Program-made: the position numbers and the translations under genes
Notes under the pieces: model-generated
Databases searched by the model: none
The model's input: only the letters and a program-made list of their open reading frames with translations
Told to the model about the DNA's origin: nothing
Part shown: in pieces, positions 12,348-24,700 of the stretch
Position numbering within the stretch: the first letter of the stretch is position 1
Layout of the letters: each line of letters opens with the position of its first letter
Source: Octopus bimaculoides
Lineage: Eukaryota
Direction of reading: 5' to 3'
Length of the DNA stretch: 39,990 nucleotides
Assembly: GCF_001194135.2 (NCBI RefSeq)
Contig: NC_069002.1
Location: forward strand, 18,167,457 to 18,207,446

Positions 12348-15300
12348 TAACCATTGTTTCAGCAGCGAACCAAAATATTCAACTTGGATAAAGACAGTCC
12401 CTGATGGATGTCCTTCTGCAACATCTTTGCACTAAATAAACATCTCCAAGTTTTACAATTTATACAAAAATGTATTTATCTTTATTAATAATCTGTATTT
12501 TATTATTGTGACACATTCCTATCATCAATGCACACTTGGTGAACACTGTGGCTTTGGACAGCATTTTTATACTTTCTATAGCGGTACCATGTAATGAATG
12601 GTTCAATATTTACATCAACAACAGACTAAACTAACCTTCCTATATCTCCTTTCACCATTAAGATAACCTTCATATTCTAATCTAATAATTCTGCAATTAT
12701 CTCAATTAATTATCACTTGAAGCTGTCCCTCACTTGAAGCTGGTTTTGTTTTGTTTTTCTTATATATGTTGCAAATCTATGACATGGCATTGTCGCCACT
12801 CCTGTAGACTTCACTAATTAACATTATTCTCATCTTCCATTTACTTCCAATGTCAAACATGCTGGTCTCCAAAGTTCTAGCCACAAGCGCATATCATAAT
12901 CCTTCAAGTAGGATAAACATACACCCGTTCTCTTTCTTAAACGTTGCTGCTTGTAATCTTCAATTCTAATTGCCCAGATCACGGTTCGTCAGACTGTCTA
13001 ATGATTGAGGAAATATTTGAAGATATTTCAAAGTCATTCCGTTTCCTTAATGAAGCAATTTTCTTTCCAGGTGTGCAATGTTTACATCTATGCAGGTGGA
13101 GCAGAAAGTTATATCAAGTATCCTAAAATATTGTACCTTCACACAAAACCTCATTAATTACATATAATTGTTATTTCATACATTATTGCAGTGAAATACC
13201 TAAAATTGTACATACTGATACTCATGACCACTATTCTATGCATCAAACAATGTCTCCACTTTCAATGTGATGGACCTCAAATGTGTGAAAATTCAATTAC
13301 CAACAAATTTGAGGACACAAAAGATATGCATTCACAGAAGGGTTTAACTCACAGAAACTGTCTTTCTGATGTCATTCTTAATATAAGAACAACCTTACAA
13401 GGAATACGCATCCCAATTAACATCACTAATACTCTGCCTCATTTTTCATAAATGCTAATTGAGACAAACTAATTAAAAAATGTCACTATCATGCTAAATA
13501 AAGTATATCTAATTAGTGTCGCATAAACATAGAGAAAGGTTTCACAACAGTTCGTTTCCTATGGAATGAAGTCAGGATCAATAATATCCGTATATCCAGG
13601 CAGTGAGCTGGCAGAAACATTAGCACACAGGGCGAAATGCTTAGCGGTATTTCGTACGCCGTTACGTTCTGAGTTCAAATTCTGCCGAGGTCGGCTAATT
13701 AAGTACCAGTTACACACTGGGGTCGATGTAATCGACTTAATCCTTTTGTCTGTCCTTGTTTGTCCCCTCTGTGTTTAGCCCCTTGTGGGCAATAAAGAAA
13801 TAACAATAATATCTGTATATTACTGGGCTACAGAGATCGATAATCCAAGTTTGTAGGGATGTGGTCCTGTACCCAAGAAAAAAAACAGGGGATAAGTAGA
13901 AGGTAACAAGTATTAAAGTATTAGGTGAAAGTTGAAGAGGATACTGTGACAAAATGAGATTACATTTCAGATATACACACATAACCTTTCCTCGTAAGGC
14001 TCCCAGATTACAACAGAAATCTAGTTAAATAATAACGACAATAAGTGATCAGTAATCACACTCGCCAACGACATCAAAACATGCTCGAGGACCTATGGAG
14101 TATACAAAGTAGTCTCCACTAAATGTAGGGCATCGCATGTAGGGAGCACTACTAGGAAACAACACATCTGAATAAAGGAGAGTAGTCACACGGTACACTT
14201 CAATGGAGGACCACCTTAGTACCAAACTCAAAATTTTAAAGTTTCCATCGAGGAAAATGAACGCAACAGGAGAAATCTCAGAATTATGGAAGAAATTGAG
14301 ACCAGCCATGAACAACATGAAGGAACTTCACAAAACCTCCTTCCTTCTCCCTCACCTTCACACACATACACACTTCTGAGCAACAACCTTTTCCAACTAC
14401 GACTTTCTCCAAATGTCCTGAAGAAGGGATCTTCAACCCGAAATGTAGAAACACAAAGTAAAACTGCAAATTTGTTCTCTTTATTTTTCCTTGTATTTTA
14501 TAGTTTACTTTGTACCTTCTCATATTGTCCTGGTCTTACACAACAAACAGTTTTACTGTTATAACTCACAATGCTTTACCAAAACCACGTCAAAAATGCA
14601 AAACAAACAAAAGCTTTGTCATTAACTCTTATGTTTACTCCTAACCAATAATATATTTTAGTTTCCTGTGGCAATATCAACTCTATTGCATATTCTAATT
14701 TATCCATATCACAAACTAGGCAAACCTCTCTGGATATTTTATGATATTCCAATAATATCTCAGATAGGATTATTATACAGCTAACATTTCAAATGGAAAT
14801 TAGGAATGGAACCTGTTCTTAGTCATTTTGGCAAACAATATCACTCAGCAGAAGGTAAAACTTAGAGAAATCAGTTAAGCACTTTAATTTATACTCACCA
14901 ACTTTCTGTGATGAACTGGATGTGCTGGGTGTACCAGATGTACTGTGTGTACCAAATGTACTGTGTGTACCAGATGTACTGGGTACACCCGATGTGCTGG
15001 GTGTACTGGGTACATCCGATGTGCTTGGTGTACTGGGTACATCTGATGTGCTGGGTGTACTGGGTGTAGGCTGTAACACTTTCCGGATCTTCTTCATAAA
15101 GTATGAAGTCACTAAAATAGATAATAAAATGTTATAGTTTGCTTGAAGCATTGTATACGATGTGTAACGTTAAAAGAGATGCAAGGCTAAACAATGCAAA
15201 ATGAAGTGTAAGATGAGGTAACGAAAATTAAAAGTAAGTTACCTGGTAATCTTTGTTTTGTTTTGTTTTATTGTTGTTGTTGTTCTTTTATCTGCCCAAT

Positions 15301-18300
15301 ATTTCGGGTCCTAAAAGTCCCTTCATCAAGGCTTAAGGAACTTTCATTGGATAATGTTCCAATTTCCTGTCTTTGGGATAAGATTTTGAATTTGATTAAA
15401 TTTTTACTTAAGTCGTTTTCAATCATTTTTCATGGTTAATTAGCTTTCCACGTGAATGATATCAATTGCTTTTATAGTATTTTGCAAAATTCTATATTAG
15501 CTTGAAAACAACTTCAGAAAAAAAATTTAATCAAAATCAAAAAGAGAGGAAAGTGGAACCAACGAAAGCTCCTTAAGCCCTGATGAAGGGATTTTTAGGA
15601 CCTGAAATATTGGTCAGATAAAAGAACAACAGCAACCACAATAAAAAAAAAATCAAAGTTTATTTTTATGCCACAACTATCTAAGTAATAGGTAATGCTT
15701 ATAACATTATTGAGTACAATAATACTTGGACATATTCTATTATTGGACATATTCCATATACTTGGGCATATTCCATATACTTGGACATATTCTATTGTAT
15801 ACCATCAACTTCCGGGCCACTCTTTAAACTTGCTTTCGTTACGCAGCTATATACTTGTTTCTTGCTGGTATTTGATTCCTGGTTTGTTGAGTATTTCAAA
15901 CAATCCATGAGTAGGAATGGTTAATCTCATAGCTCTCCTGTATCAGCCCATCTAGTTGATCTTGAGTGCATTTTAGCCATCCATTCTTAGCATCTGCAAA
16001 CAGCTTCTTAGTAAGCACATAAGAGTTTTTAAAAAGATACTCTCAAACCATTTGCTATCTTTTCTTTCAATAAGTCTGATATATCTTTGCATAAGTTAGA
16101 GAGGAAGGGTTAATCTTCTTGTGGAGATGACAATCTTTCTAGTTCATGTGCCACAATAAAATGTACTTGGAACCCTTTATAATGCGGTTGGTGTTAGGAA
16201 GGACATACCACCATAGAAAAGTTAGAATGTTTAAGTGAGATGTGCTCCTCAAACATTCAATGTTGGCAGCAACTCTAAAAAAGAACAGGCTTGGACAGTG
16301 AACACCCGTCCAGTCCATGAAAGCACGGAAATCAAATGACAAGTAATGAGGGTGATATCATTTACTGTGATATCATTTACTGTACTGCATGGTGCAACCA
16401 GTATATATCTGGAAGAGACAGGGAGAGGGAAAGACCAAGAGAGAAAGAGATAGGCAGAGGCAGATTGAGAGAGGGGAGAAAGAGAGAGAAAGAGAGAGAC
16501 CAATTGTTTTTTTTTTCAGTAGCAAACTAGTCTTCTACTTGGTTAAAGACCATGTTTAGTGGATGTAGCGATAGATTTGCTATCATGGAAAATGACAGGC
16601 TGTTCGCATTTGGATCACTTTATATCATAAGACTGCCAGATTATGACAGACACCTGGTTAATCAACAAGAAAGATTATTTATCAGTAATCAATAGGTTAG
16701 CAAAAACAGAAAACAAACAAAAAAGTTGTCCTTAACTCAGTTGTTTACCCACTAAACTAGACTATATTTTAGTTGCTTTAACGATAGACAATATTAAATT
16801 TATTACATGTTTTAGTTTATTACTAACTATTCTAACCTCACGTGATATTGTACATTTCGATAATATCTTTAATAGCATTACTAAATGACTAAACTTTCAA
16901 ATGGAAATTAGAAATGGAGCTTGTTCGCAGTCATTTTGACAAACAATTTAGTTTGTCTGAAGGTAAAACTTAAATGAGATTAATTAGTTACTGCTGTTTT
17001 ATACTCACTCTGACGTAGCGTGGATGTCCTGCGTGTAGGCTGTGACACATCAACTGGCTCTGCCACCGTCTGGACTTCCTTGTCTAACAAATTTGGTCCA
17101 GCTGAAATAAATATTTTCAAGTTTTATTAATTATATTAAAATATATTTTATTATTGTGAGACATTCCTATCATTAATGTTCAACTAGTGACCACCATGGT
17201 TTAGGACAGCATTTTCATACTTTCTAAAATGGTACCATTCAATGGCTCAATATTTAGGCCCACAACAGAATAGTCTAAAATTTCTAAATGTTTTCTTACA
17301 TCTCTTCCTACAATCTTTTTCCAACAAAATCTCACAATGCTGCAATTATGCTTCAAACTTTTGTATTGAGTACTACAGTATATAACCTATTGTGAGACAG
17401 TCTGGGTACATACCCCAGTAAGAGATGACATCTCATATCAAGCAGCAGACTACTGTAACTATTTGAGATCTTCATAATATGATAAATCATAAGGAATTTC
17501 GTTAAAAGATGTTGGAACTTTGTAAAGATGTTGGAACTATCCATACAAGCTTTCATCAATTACCAATATTCACAGCCACACACGACTTTTAATAGTCAGA
17601 CTCTTTAAAGTTGGTCCTTAAACTCACAGTTGATATTTTCTGATTGAATCACCTACTTCATCAAACCTAACACTGATGTACTTGTAAGTAGTATTGTCTT
17701 TAATTATCAACTTCCGAGACACTGATAAATCATTAATCATTTCTAATCACTCACAATTGACTATCAAAAAAGATGGTGTGTACTGAAAGGACATTGGATT
17801 ATTTATAGATATTTCAGATAGTCAGCATTTATCTTTCAGTATCCTTCCTTAAAAAGGTACTGTCTATAAGACAGTACCTTTTTAAAGACAAAGTTTAGTT
17901 GATGCGGTGATACACATCACAGAGAAACAACACTTGAAACCACATTTAACATACGTCTGAGAGATTATGATAGACCTGGGTCTACATAACAACATGAAGT
18001 ACATTATTCCATACCAATGAGACAAACAGACATATCATCATTAAAGAGTATTCTTACCAAATCTATTTTTGCATATAACAATTTGCCGACACACGAGGCA
18101 TCGTTTAGGTGAATTCTTTGGACAGCATTCTCTGCATAACACAATATGCTCACAAGGTTCAAATATCACCAGGGCCTCATTAGTTTCACACCATCGACAT
18201 CTGTAGAACGAAATATAAACACATCTCAACAATAACATTCGTTTATAACAAATATTACATTGTGTACATGTTTACAGAAAAGATTATTATGAGTGACCAG

Positions 18301-21300
18301 AGTGAGATGCGTGGCTTAGTGGTTAGTGTGTTGGAGTCATGATTGTAAGATTGTGGTTTCGATTCCTGGACCAGGAGATATGTTGGGTTCTTTAGCAAAA
18401 CACTTCGTTTTTTATTTGCCCTCCATACAAACCTGTCTCTTGTTATAACTGAGCCCCGGTTCATTAAGAAAACCACTGAATCTGCCACATATGATGTAAT
18501 GGGTGTATCTGAAGAAATCATTTATCTGCAAGATTTTTCTTATAACTTGTCCACTTCAAATGTGTTTCTCCTAAAAAAATATTCTCTGCCTCAGTTGATA
18601 GTTTCGAAACCCAAACCAGTTTGATTCACCTTCTACTGAGGTCAGCGCATACCGTTTAGCCCCTGTTAAAGACGGGTATGATAAACTGTTTATTTAGCTC
18701 GTCCTCGTTTACCACCCGATAACACCTGAAGTTACATATTGTTGCTCACACCATATAGAATAGGGATGCAAACTGGTCTAAGAATATTGAACCAACAATG
18801 GACAACAATAGAAAAGCTACAGGCAAGTACATAAGAACAATACGTTGTACTCTATAAATTATGACAGGCTTAACTAATTTTCAAATAGAAAGGAAATTTA
18901 AATCGATTAAAATCAATTGAGATTATCGAAAATAAATTCTATTCAAAAATATAGCTAATCGTCAGATCGTAAGTAGAACAATAATTAGATATATATATAT
19001 CTGTCTCAACCAACAATAAGTACCAAATGAATTAATATGAAATACTTATTATATAAAGATAGAAAAATTATTAAAAATATCATAATATCAAAATAATAAC
19101 CATTCAATAATCATCCCTTCATCCATTATAATAACATGTATATTATATACAAAAACATCTTACATAAATCATCATTGTTTTAAATTATCATTGTTTTAAA
19201 TACAANNNNNNNNNNNNNNNNNNNNNNNNNNNNNNNNNNNNNNNNNNNNNNNNNNNNNNNNNNNNNNNNNNNNNNNNNNNNNNNNNNNNNNNNNNNNNNN
19301 NNNNNNNNNNNNNNNNNNNNNNNNNNNNNNNNNNNNNNNNNNNNNNNNNNNNNNNNNNNNNNNNNNNNNNNNNNNNNNNNNNNNNNNNNNNNNNNNNNNN
19401 NNNNNNNNNNNNNNNNNNNNNNNNNNNNNNNNNNNNNNNNNNNNNNNNNNNNNNNNNNNNNNNNNNNNNNNNNNNNNNNNNNNNNNNNNNNNNNNNNNNN
19501 NNNNNNNNNNNNNNNNNNNNNNNNNNNNNNNNNNNNNNNNNNNNNNNNNNNNNNNNNNNNNNNNNNNNNNNNNNNNNNNNNNNNNNNNNNNNNNNNNNNN
19601 NNNNNNNNNNNNNNNNNNNNNNNNNNNNNNNNNNNNNNNNNNNNNNNNNNNNNNNNNNNNNNNNNNNNNNNNNNNNNNNNNNNNNNNNNNNNNNNNNATA
19701 TATATATATATATACACATGTATATATATAGATGTATATGTATACGTGTATATGTAAAGCTGTATATGTATAGATGTATAAGAGAGCGAGCAAAGCTACA
19801 GGAAAGCAAAAGATGAATGATCACAATAAGCAGTCAGCTACCCTACCCAAGTCGTTACTACTCCCAGATGTAGGATTCCTCGCCACACAGGTGACAGGCA
19901 CAGCTGTAAGATGCATTATGGATCTATAGGAATTGGAAGAGTGTGACCCAACTGAAACATTAACAACTGGAAGTGTCACCTCTGGAAGTGTCACCTCTGG
20001 AAGTGTCACCTCTGGAGTTTGAAAATGACCACTATACCGAAAGGTAACTGGACAGAAAAAATTTATAATCTATAAATGTCTTTCAATAGCCAGTCACTCA
20101 TCTGGGAAGGCCTTGAAATCAATGTTACCATAGGGGGACTATGTGTGACCCAGTGATAATAAGAAGACTCAAAGGGAGTCTGAAACCAAATAACTTTACT
20201 CAACACTTTGCAACTGAATCAGTGGAGGCAAAGATGCCTCTCATTTACATGATAATTTATGCGCCACATTGCAGAAATCACAATCTAAGTATATCTCAAA
20301 GCAAACTGTTACACTGTTGTACCATTGAATTACAAATAACGTTAATCATTTATGTTCAGGTAACCCTATAGCTTCCAAGAGTACATCTGTATTCGTCTAT
20401 GCTTAGATAAAATGACTAAATTGTGGGTGTTAAGTCCCCATGAAGGGGTCTTTCTAACTTCTAAGAAGATGAAATTTTAGAAATATTACTTTTAGAAGCA
20501 TTGAGATGTCTTAGAAAGTTAAAGAAGTGATTTTAAATTTTCAAACGCAGGATAATGCTAATAATATAGCCTGAACAGGATAAGCTACCCCTATTTTGCA
20601 GAAAAAAGTGTAGGCGGCCAGCTATGAGTGTGTTTGTAGAATATTTTCTTATGAAACCTTTCATAATAATGACTGTTTGGAACAGAGAAGAGAAAAACAT
20701 GTCAGTTTACAGATAAAGCCAACTTTCTTTTAGTACCAACTTCAAAATGTGTTTATTCACTGCATTATTTAGTACTACATTTTCCCGGAGGTTACAAACC
20801 TTTAAAATAGGGAACTACAAGAAATAGGCGGGGTTGAACAGTGTCAACACAACCAATCATGTGAATGTAATCAAAGTAGTGTTCTTTCTTTGATTACATA
20901 ACAGCTACATATTGTCTATTGTTCTTCTTACTATTGTTGTGTGGTCTTTGGTCAAGACACTAGTGAGAGTATAATGTATTGGTAGAATTAAAACTGAACA
21001 AATAAACATGATTATGCAAAAAATAGAAAATGTACTGGTTTATCTTGTCATTGTCAAGGAATACTTACAGTAGTGATGGGAATAATTTCTTTAATTTTTC
21101 TTTCAAATTTTCATTCTTAACTAGGTCCAGTGGAGACACACCGTTTTTGTTTTTATGATAAAAGTCACCCCCGTGTTGGGCCAGATAACTGGCAACCACT
21201 GCGCCGCTGCACCTGCATCCTTGTCTCAATTTCAGCTTAGTGCAGTACTACAAATGATGAAATATAAAATGATAAGTGCAATATAACACAAATATACATT

Positions 21301-21744
21301 ATAGATATCTCAAGGTACACGACAGTTCAACTACTGCTTCACAGTGCTTATCCAGTAACTAAACCGATTTCCAAATATTGAGTTCGTACATCATCTCCAG
21401 TTGCATTCATTTACCATTTTTATTTCTTCTTACTTTATTTTCAGCATGAAGACATTTTGAATAAACAGTCATTATTTTTGGACAGAACAAACTTTATTGA
21501 TTAACACCAAATTTGTTGATACTTAATGTGCAAATATTTACTAGCCTATCACAAATATCACAAAGTATTACATACAAAACAATATTAAAAAAGAAAATCA
21601 TAGTATCAAGTTAAATATAGAAAATATAATGGAACAAATATCTCAGTAATAAAACACAAAGCACAGAAAACCAACAAGAACCTCTCTATACAACTGGCTT
21701 GATGAAACCAAATGGCCACAACAAATATTTATGAAAGAGTATTG

Positions 21745-21794
<50 letters not shown>

Positions 21795-24700
21795 AACAGC
21801 GTGGCAATGAACAATGTTAGTTATCAGAAAAGAGAACACCTTCAAGATACCAATTTCTTCAGATAAAACAACAAAATCAACACCACACAGATACATCCAA
21901 ACATATCAACGTTTCCAAAATTAATAAAGAAACATCTTTGGATGATGAAAGTAAAGTAAAGGAGGCAAGAATTAGGTCACAGTTGAGGCAGCACACCAAT
22001 ACATTGTAGTTGATAAATTGTTCAAACTGTTAATCCGATGGACAATTCTAGTCATGCGTTGGGGAGGAGGGGAGTAGATAACTATCAAAGTAAGTTCTTC
22101 TCAGTAAAGTAGATGTTACAACAACAAACAGATGACCATCAACTGTCTGAAATATTCTTTTCTACCCTTGGCACAAAGCCCGAAAATTTGGGAGAGGGAG
22201 CCAGTCGATTAACACCGGTGCTTAATTTATTGACCCTAACAGGATGAAAGGCAAAGTTGACCTCGGCGGAATTTGAACTCAGAAACTGTCTGAAAATATT
22301 CAAATATTCTTTTCTACTCTAGGCATAAGGACCAAAATTTTTGGGGAGAGGGCCAGTCAATTTGATCGACTACAGTACGCAACTGGTACTTAACTTATCG
22401 ACCCCGAAAAGATGAAAGGCAAAGTCGACTTTGGTGGAATTTGAACTCAGAAACTGTCTGAAATATTATCAAACATCTGCAGTGACCTTTGTTCATATGA
22501 AAATCAAAGAGTTACTTAAATTCTGTAACAGTTGAAAAGTAAATACCATCAGATCTACTGATGGTTAGGTGTCAATGGATTTGTATTTCCACATAAGTGC
22601 ATGCAAATGTTATACGCACATACATATGCAATTGTACAAACAAAACTTAAGTACAGGAACACATACAATGAACCTACTTTATTTACCCACTCTTTAGTGT
22701 GTTCTATTGGCTTAGAGCATAATTTATTGCGGCTTATTTTCAACAAATTTTATTCAACAAAAACATCCTAAAATGATTATTCCGGAACATATTCATCATC
22801 TACTTCAATTACTGCTTCCCATTTGCTTGGTAGGCGGTCAGACCACCATTTAAAGAAATTTTTGTTAAATATTGTTATTGTTTTTGTTGAATAAAATTTA
22901 TTGAAAAAAACTACAATAATTATGCACCAACCCAATAACATTCAACATAACATATACACAGTGGTTATATGTTGAATACAAGAGTGTGGTTGAGAGCTGT
23001 TTCAGTCAGGATTCTTCACAGAATGGATTGGATGTTTTTATTTTGGCACCTGTACTATAAAGGCTGTTATCTGTTATGTCACACAGACCTCTTTTCTATC
23101 TCGTATCATTGTTATATGTGAATAATATCTGCTCTCATCAATAGGTGACCTCTCCTTTAAACTGTGATGGCTGGGTTTCAGTGGCCAAAATCCGAGATAG
23201 GTTGCCTTCTCTACAGTGGAGAAGCCATGCTTTTGAGGGTGGAAAAAGTTGGAATATTGTTTGTTAAATAATATAACTAGGGTTATCAGGACAGAATGGA
23301 TTACTTGATGATAATGGAAGAGGTGGTTGGTGGGTGTGAATTGAGACATGATAAGCAATGTCTGTCTGTTTGTCACTCTCTCTCTCTCACACATACAAAC
23401 TCACACACATACGCATATCCCCCGCCACACAAGCAAACAAGTAAACAAGCAAATTTTAAAAACTTACCTTATCTAAAGTAGCTATGGTTTCCACCTCAGA
23501 ATGAAACATCTTTCTCTCCACAGTAAGGTGCAAACAATTGTTGCCATCATTGTCGACAGCATTTACGTCTGCTCCCCGTGAAATTAAATAGTTAATCATT
23601 CCGAGGTGGCCCCCGGAGACGGCTTCAAGGAATGGTGTCATTTTCTTATGGTTCCTAACATTCAGTTTCATGGAATCCTTTTTGGAGATAAAAGTAGAAA
23701 ATGAAAATTTACATGAAAATTAGGTTAGATATGAATGTGTCATTACTGTCTTCTACTGGGTACTTGGTCGAACTGATCATGTGCATTTGTTGTTTGTCTG
23801 TGAAGTCAATTTTAGTTTCCTCTATAAATTGCTATGGCTTTGTATTAAAGACATCAAATCTTTTAAGTATTAAGATAAAATACTAGAGTGTATATTATAC
23901 ATATGTGTGTGTGTGCATTTGTGTGTGTGTGCATTTGTGTGTGTGTGAGTGTGTGTGTTTTAACTAACCTGGGACAGCATCAAAGTTACCACAGCATAGT
24001 GTTGCCTGTAAGTTATTAAAGGAGAAAAGAAAAATATAAAACAATTAATAGCATTCTGATTGAGATTATTATTAATTATTAGGTCATTAATTTATGAAAA
24101 CAAATGTAAGCAGATCACTATTGCCTAATTACATCAATAATTATATAGACATACATACATTTAGTCAATATCCACTCTACACAGTAGATCAATTATACAG
24201 GGGTTGGACAAAATAATGGGAACACCTAGCATCTTACTTGCATAATTGTGAAATATCTATAAAACCGTCAAAAGCTTGTTTATTTTTATGTTTTTTTAAA
24301 ATTTATTATTAGTGTTGCTTAATATGTTTTGCTAAAATTGCTGTTTCTGTTCAGATATCATCAGAAAAAAGGTAATTAAAATTCATTAAAATGACAGATC
24401 TATCGGACTTTCAAAGAGGTCAAATTGTTGGTGCTCATATGGCAGGCGCTAGCGTAACGAAAACAGCCAAAATGTTTGGTGAATCAAGAAGTACTGTTTT
24501 GAAAGTAATGACAGCCTTTAAGAAAGAGGGAAAAATCTCGTCGAAACAAAACTCCGGAAGAAAACCAAAACTTTCAGATAGGGGCCGTCGGACTCTTACA
24601 CGAATTGTTAGAAAGGATCACAAAAGTACAGCTCCCAAAATTACTGTAGAGTTTAATGACCACCTTGAGAACCCAGTTTCCACAAAAACTGTTCACCGGG

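Noticed and set aside
15574-15620. Active hammerhead ribozyme
   Set aside because: Core CTGATGA..GAAA and a 3-bp stem II are present, but sequence after the putative GTC site does not pair with the 5' stem I strand, and the other arm has TTGATGA.
19900-20030. 15-bp repeat region as an extra coding exon (GSVTS or TLPEV repeats)
   Set aside because: No convincing splice sites were found, and exons 6 and 7 already join in phase.
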